Source of the DNA: Takakia lepidozioides
Lineage: Eukaryota > Plantae > Bryophyta
Reading direction: 5' to 3'
DNA: 64,000 nt
NCBI GenBank assembly: GCA_030704615.1
Contig: CM060731.1
Location: forward strand, 45,322,001-45,386,000
The notes beneath the pieces are model-generated. The model did no database searches. It had not been told where the DNA came from and saw only the letters and a list, made by a program, of their open reading frames with translations. This document shows positions 61,372-64,000 of this stretch, one piece after another; positions within the stretch are counted from its first letter, which is position 1, and each line of letters begins with the position of its first letter. The position numbers and the translations under genes were made by a program.

Positions 61372-61719
61372 CAGTGTTGGGCAGATATTTGATTTTTTTC
61401 ATAACCGGCAGTTCCGGTTGTTTCGAATTTTTGGAAACTATTAACCGCGGTTGCGGTTATTAAATTTTTTATGGCTAAATATAACCTCAGCTGTTACGGT
61501 TACTTGCAAACCTCAAATAATCGACGGTTTTCATCAAATAACCGAGGGTATTGGGCGGTTCTTTACAAGGTTTTTTGCTGGTTATTTGAATGTGTGACCT
61601 CCGCCGGTTCCTAACTGGACCGGTTACTTAATTTTTCACCTCCGCCGGTCATATATATATATAACCGGATAGGTAACCGCCGGGTATTAGAGAGAAATTC
61701 AAATATCCGCCCAACACTG
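61372..61719. mobile_element. hAT-type MITE
   Basis: 21-bp TIR CAGTGTTGGGC(A/G)GATATTTGA. TSD gtatgtac / gtatgcac. Subterminal AACCG/CGGTT motifs. Confidence 0.9.
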
Positions 61720-61729
61720 GTATGCACTA

Positions 61730-61815
61730 GAGCAGGCAGCGGAGTGGTTTAGTGTTTGTGCCTTGCCTGGGCGTAACCTAGGTGATCCATGGTTCAAAGT
61801 TTCCACTTTCCAGTA
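61730..61815 (+). mobile_element. SINE family 2, truncated copy
   Basis: Matches 58596-58680 (gtgtttgt.ccttgcctg.gc.taacctaggtgatcca.ggttcaaagt). Confidence 0.6.
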
Positions 61816-62630
61816 TTCTTGGGGATCATTGAAGGGACTCTTCCTCTCAGCAATCTTCTTGAGTAATCTTGGGGATCATTGAAGAGACTTTTCCTTTGAG
61901 ATGTGTCCTCTTTGTTTCTTTCTTCCCCACCTCAATAAGTCATTCAAGATTCCTTCAGTCAATAAAAATGAATAAATATGGAAAGAATAATTGAAGCATC
62001 TATCAAATGAATGCAGATGAAATACGTCCACAATGGAAGAAGCTGGATTAACCATGATGTAGGTTCATCCATGAACCGAATGATGTTGTTGTTTCTAAAG
62101 TTTGCAATTATGCCCGTCTGTAGCTGGCAACGGCAGGCATAGGGCTTTTTCTTCTTCTATTTTTGGAGGAATAGGGACTGAGGCCCTGTCTTTTGCAATA
62201 CTATTATTTGAGGTCCATTAGAAGGTTGCAAACCTTCAAACTCACCACCAGCTTTTATTTTTTTGGAAAAAGGAGCAAGCCCTTGAGCTTAATTAGAATT
62301 ACCAGCTTCAGTGACAAGTAACACTTCAATGCCAACTTCCCCAATATGAAAAATAATGTAGCAATATAGAAACACAAGTTTGAATAATTTGAGGTGATTA
62401 GTCCATAGAATTAATCAATCAGAATATATGATATTAGATGTGAATTAAGTAAGATAATTTAAGAATAGGTAGTGATTACCGCTTTTGTAGGGGAATAACA
62501 AATGTGAAAAAGGGGAAAAAATAAAGTTGTTTAGTAAATAAAAAGCTAGTAGGTGCCCTCCTCATGTGTTAGCTTAACATCTACATTAGAAAGAAATGTT
62601 AAGTCTTTTCTGATAGGATAACATCTTCTA

Positions 62631-62800
62631 AAGTTTGACCTCCCCAAGGGAGTGTAACTTATGGTGTCACTTCACCACAAGGGCTGCTACCTTCCAGCTG
62701 AAAGGTGGACGCCTTCATGACACACCATACCGTGGTTTGAACCCACAACCACATCCAACGTGGTATGTGCCCATTACCACTGGGCTACATGTTGGTTGTC
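62631..62800 (-). mobile_element. SINE family 1, full-length copy
   Basis: The minus strand has A-box TAGCCCAGTGG (62777-62787) and B-box GGTTCAAACC (62734-62743). Confidence 0.82.
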
Positions 62801-62804
62801 AACA

Positions 62805-64000
62805 TCTTCTTACATTGGTGTTAGCTAATGGTTTTGGTGTCAATAAAGCCAATAGCTATAAGGCTCCAGCAGCTTTTACCTTCTATGATAAGGCCAATGC
62901 AAACTGGCCTTATCAAGAAACGTTTGATTTTTGAAAACATTCTTTTAGCAAATGAGGCATTACATTTTGCCTTGGACTCAAACCGGCCCCTAGCCATGCT
63001 AATGCTGATTTCGAAAAGGCCTTTGACAGAATAAATTGGGATTTTTTGTTCAAAGCCATTCTTAAGTCCAGCATCAATGGGGACTTCATGGCTTGGATCA
63101 GAACTTTTCTCTTCTCCAGCTCTAGCAGGGTCTTAACCAATGGTTACCTCTCCAAGTCCTTTCAGCTGCAACGCTGGGTCCGACAGGGATGCCCCCCTTC
63201 TCTTTTTTTATTTCTGATTCCTGCTGATTGCTGGGGTTACCCGCTGGATTCTCAAACGGCCCTGACTGGGGTTGATTATCCCGGTCATGGCGTCCCCCCC
63301 CCCCCATAAATCTAAAAGTCTCTATCTATGCTGATGACTCGAGGATGATTAGTGCTATACTTGGGTAGTAATAATAAGCATAATATTGATTTAGGTTTGC
63401 AATCTCTGAATTCCTTTTATTTGGCTTTTGGCTTTAAAGTCAATTGGGGTAAGTCTGTTGGGATTATTTCCTTAGGTCCCTTATTGACACCGCCACCTTC
63501 CCCCTAGGGTTCTGAATTTGGGTTACGAAGCTGGCGACTCTCATAAATTATTAGGTCATCTCAGTTCAGAGCAGCGCTTTGACCCCATAGTCAACACTCT
63601 TATGAATCGTCTTACTTTCTACTCTTCTTTGCAGCTCTCATTTGTAGGCCGTGCTTTGGTAACAAATCAGGTTTTAAATCAGCGGCTTTGTAGTTTATTG
63701 CTTCTGTTTGGGACCTGGTTTCTCGCTCCTCAGAAGGATCAAAGCATTAATTCGTCATTTTCTCTAGGGAGCTAAAGATGTGAGTAGGGATAAACGGGCC
63801 CTGATCTCTTGGGAACAGCTGATCTGCTGCAAGAAGAAGCTATATGGAGGTTTGGGCATTATGGACCTTGATCGCAAAATTAGAGCTCTCTTAGGCAAAT
63901 GGATTCCTCTAACTTTTCTTCCCTCGGCGGCCCTTGAAAGTTTCTGATTTGGAGACACATCGCTCTCCCGGCCTCTAGTTTGCATTGGGTCCCTAGCATG
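62805..64000 (+). mobile_element. Decayed LINE ORF2 reverse-transcriptase fragment
   Basis: QTG..KKRLIFENILLANE..; DFEKAFDRINW; VRQGCP.SLFLF; YADD (63327-63338); GRALVTNQVL; GGLGI. Multiple frameshifts. Confidence 0.88.

Noticed and set aside
62720-62800. Possible tRNA genes (A and B boxes here and at 41431, 58595, 61300)
   Set aside because: No convincing cloverleaf. Each continues into a shared body and tail, some with TSDs, so they are SINEs.

Overview
This is eukaryotic land-plant DNA, most likely a bryophyte (moss-like). That is an inference from GT-AG introns, PSPG-box UGTs, PLS-type PPR remnants and the retroelement types. The window is TE-rich and has a 500-N gap at 8008-8507. Host genes: an intact 14-exon transmembrane RING-H2 E3 ligase of the FLY1/FLY2 (Tul1/Dsc1) family on the minus strand (52177-60113) with one GC-AG intron, and three paralogous UDP-glycosyltransferase copies (3' remnant at ~16050-17410, frameshifted copy at 19030-21865, intact 5-exon copy at 43957-46792). 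Mobile DNA: a non-chromovirus Ty3/Gypsy element (1-8007, minus) carrying a very large extra ORF downstream of pol that the ORF track misses; two rearranged copies of a second Gypsy family (10530-13731 and 29242-34395); a decayed chromovirus; a PIF/Harbinger two-ORF element; two LINE fragments; four hAT-type MITEs with 8-bp TSDs; and two tRNA-derived SINE families. The most striking feature is a decayed DNA cytosine-5 methyltransferase domain (motifs I-VI and VIII-X recognisable, in canonical order) inside the Gypsy copy at 29242-34395, between gag and reverse transcriptase. This is a DNMT-encoding LTR retrotransposon in an apparent land plant. Many single-base indels may be real decay or assembly error. 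All calls come from reading the sequence by eye, without database searches.
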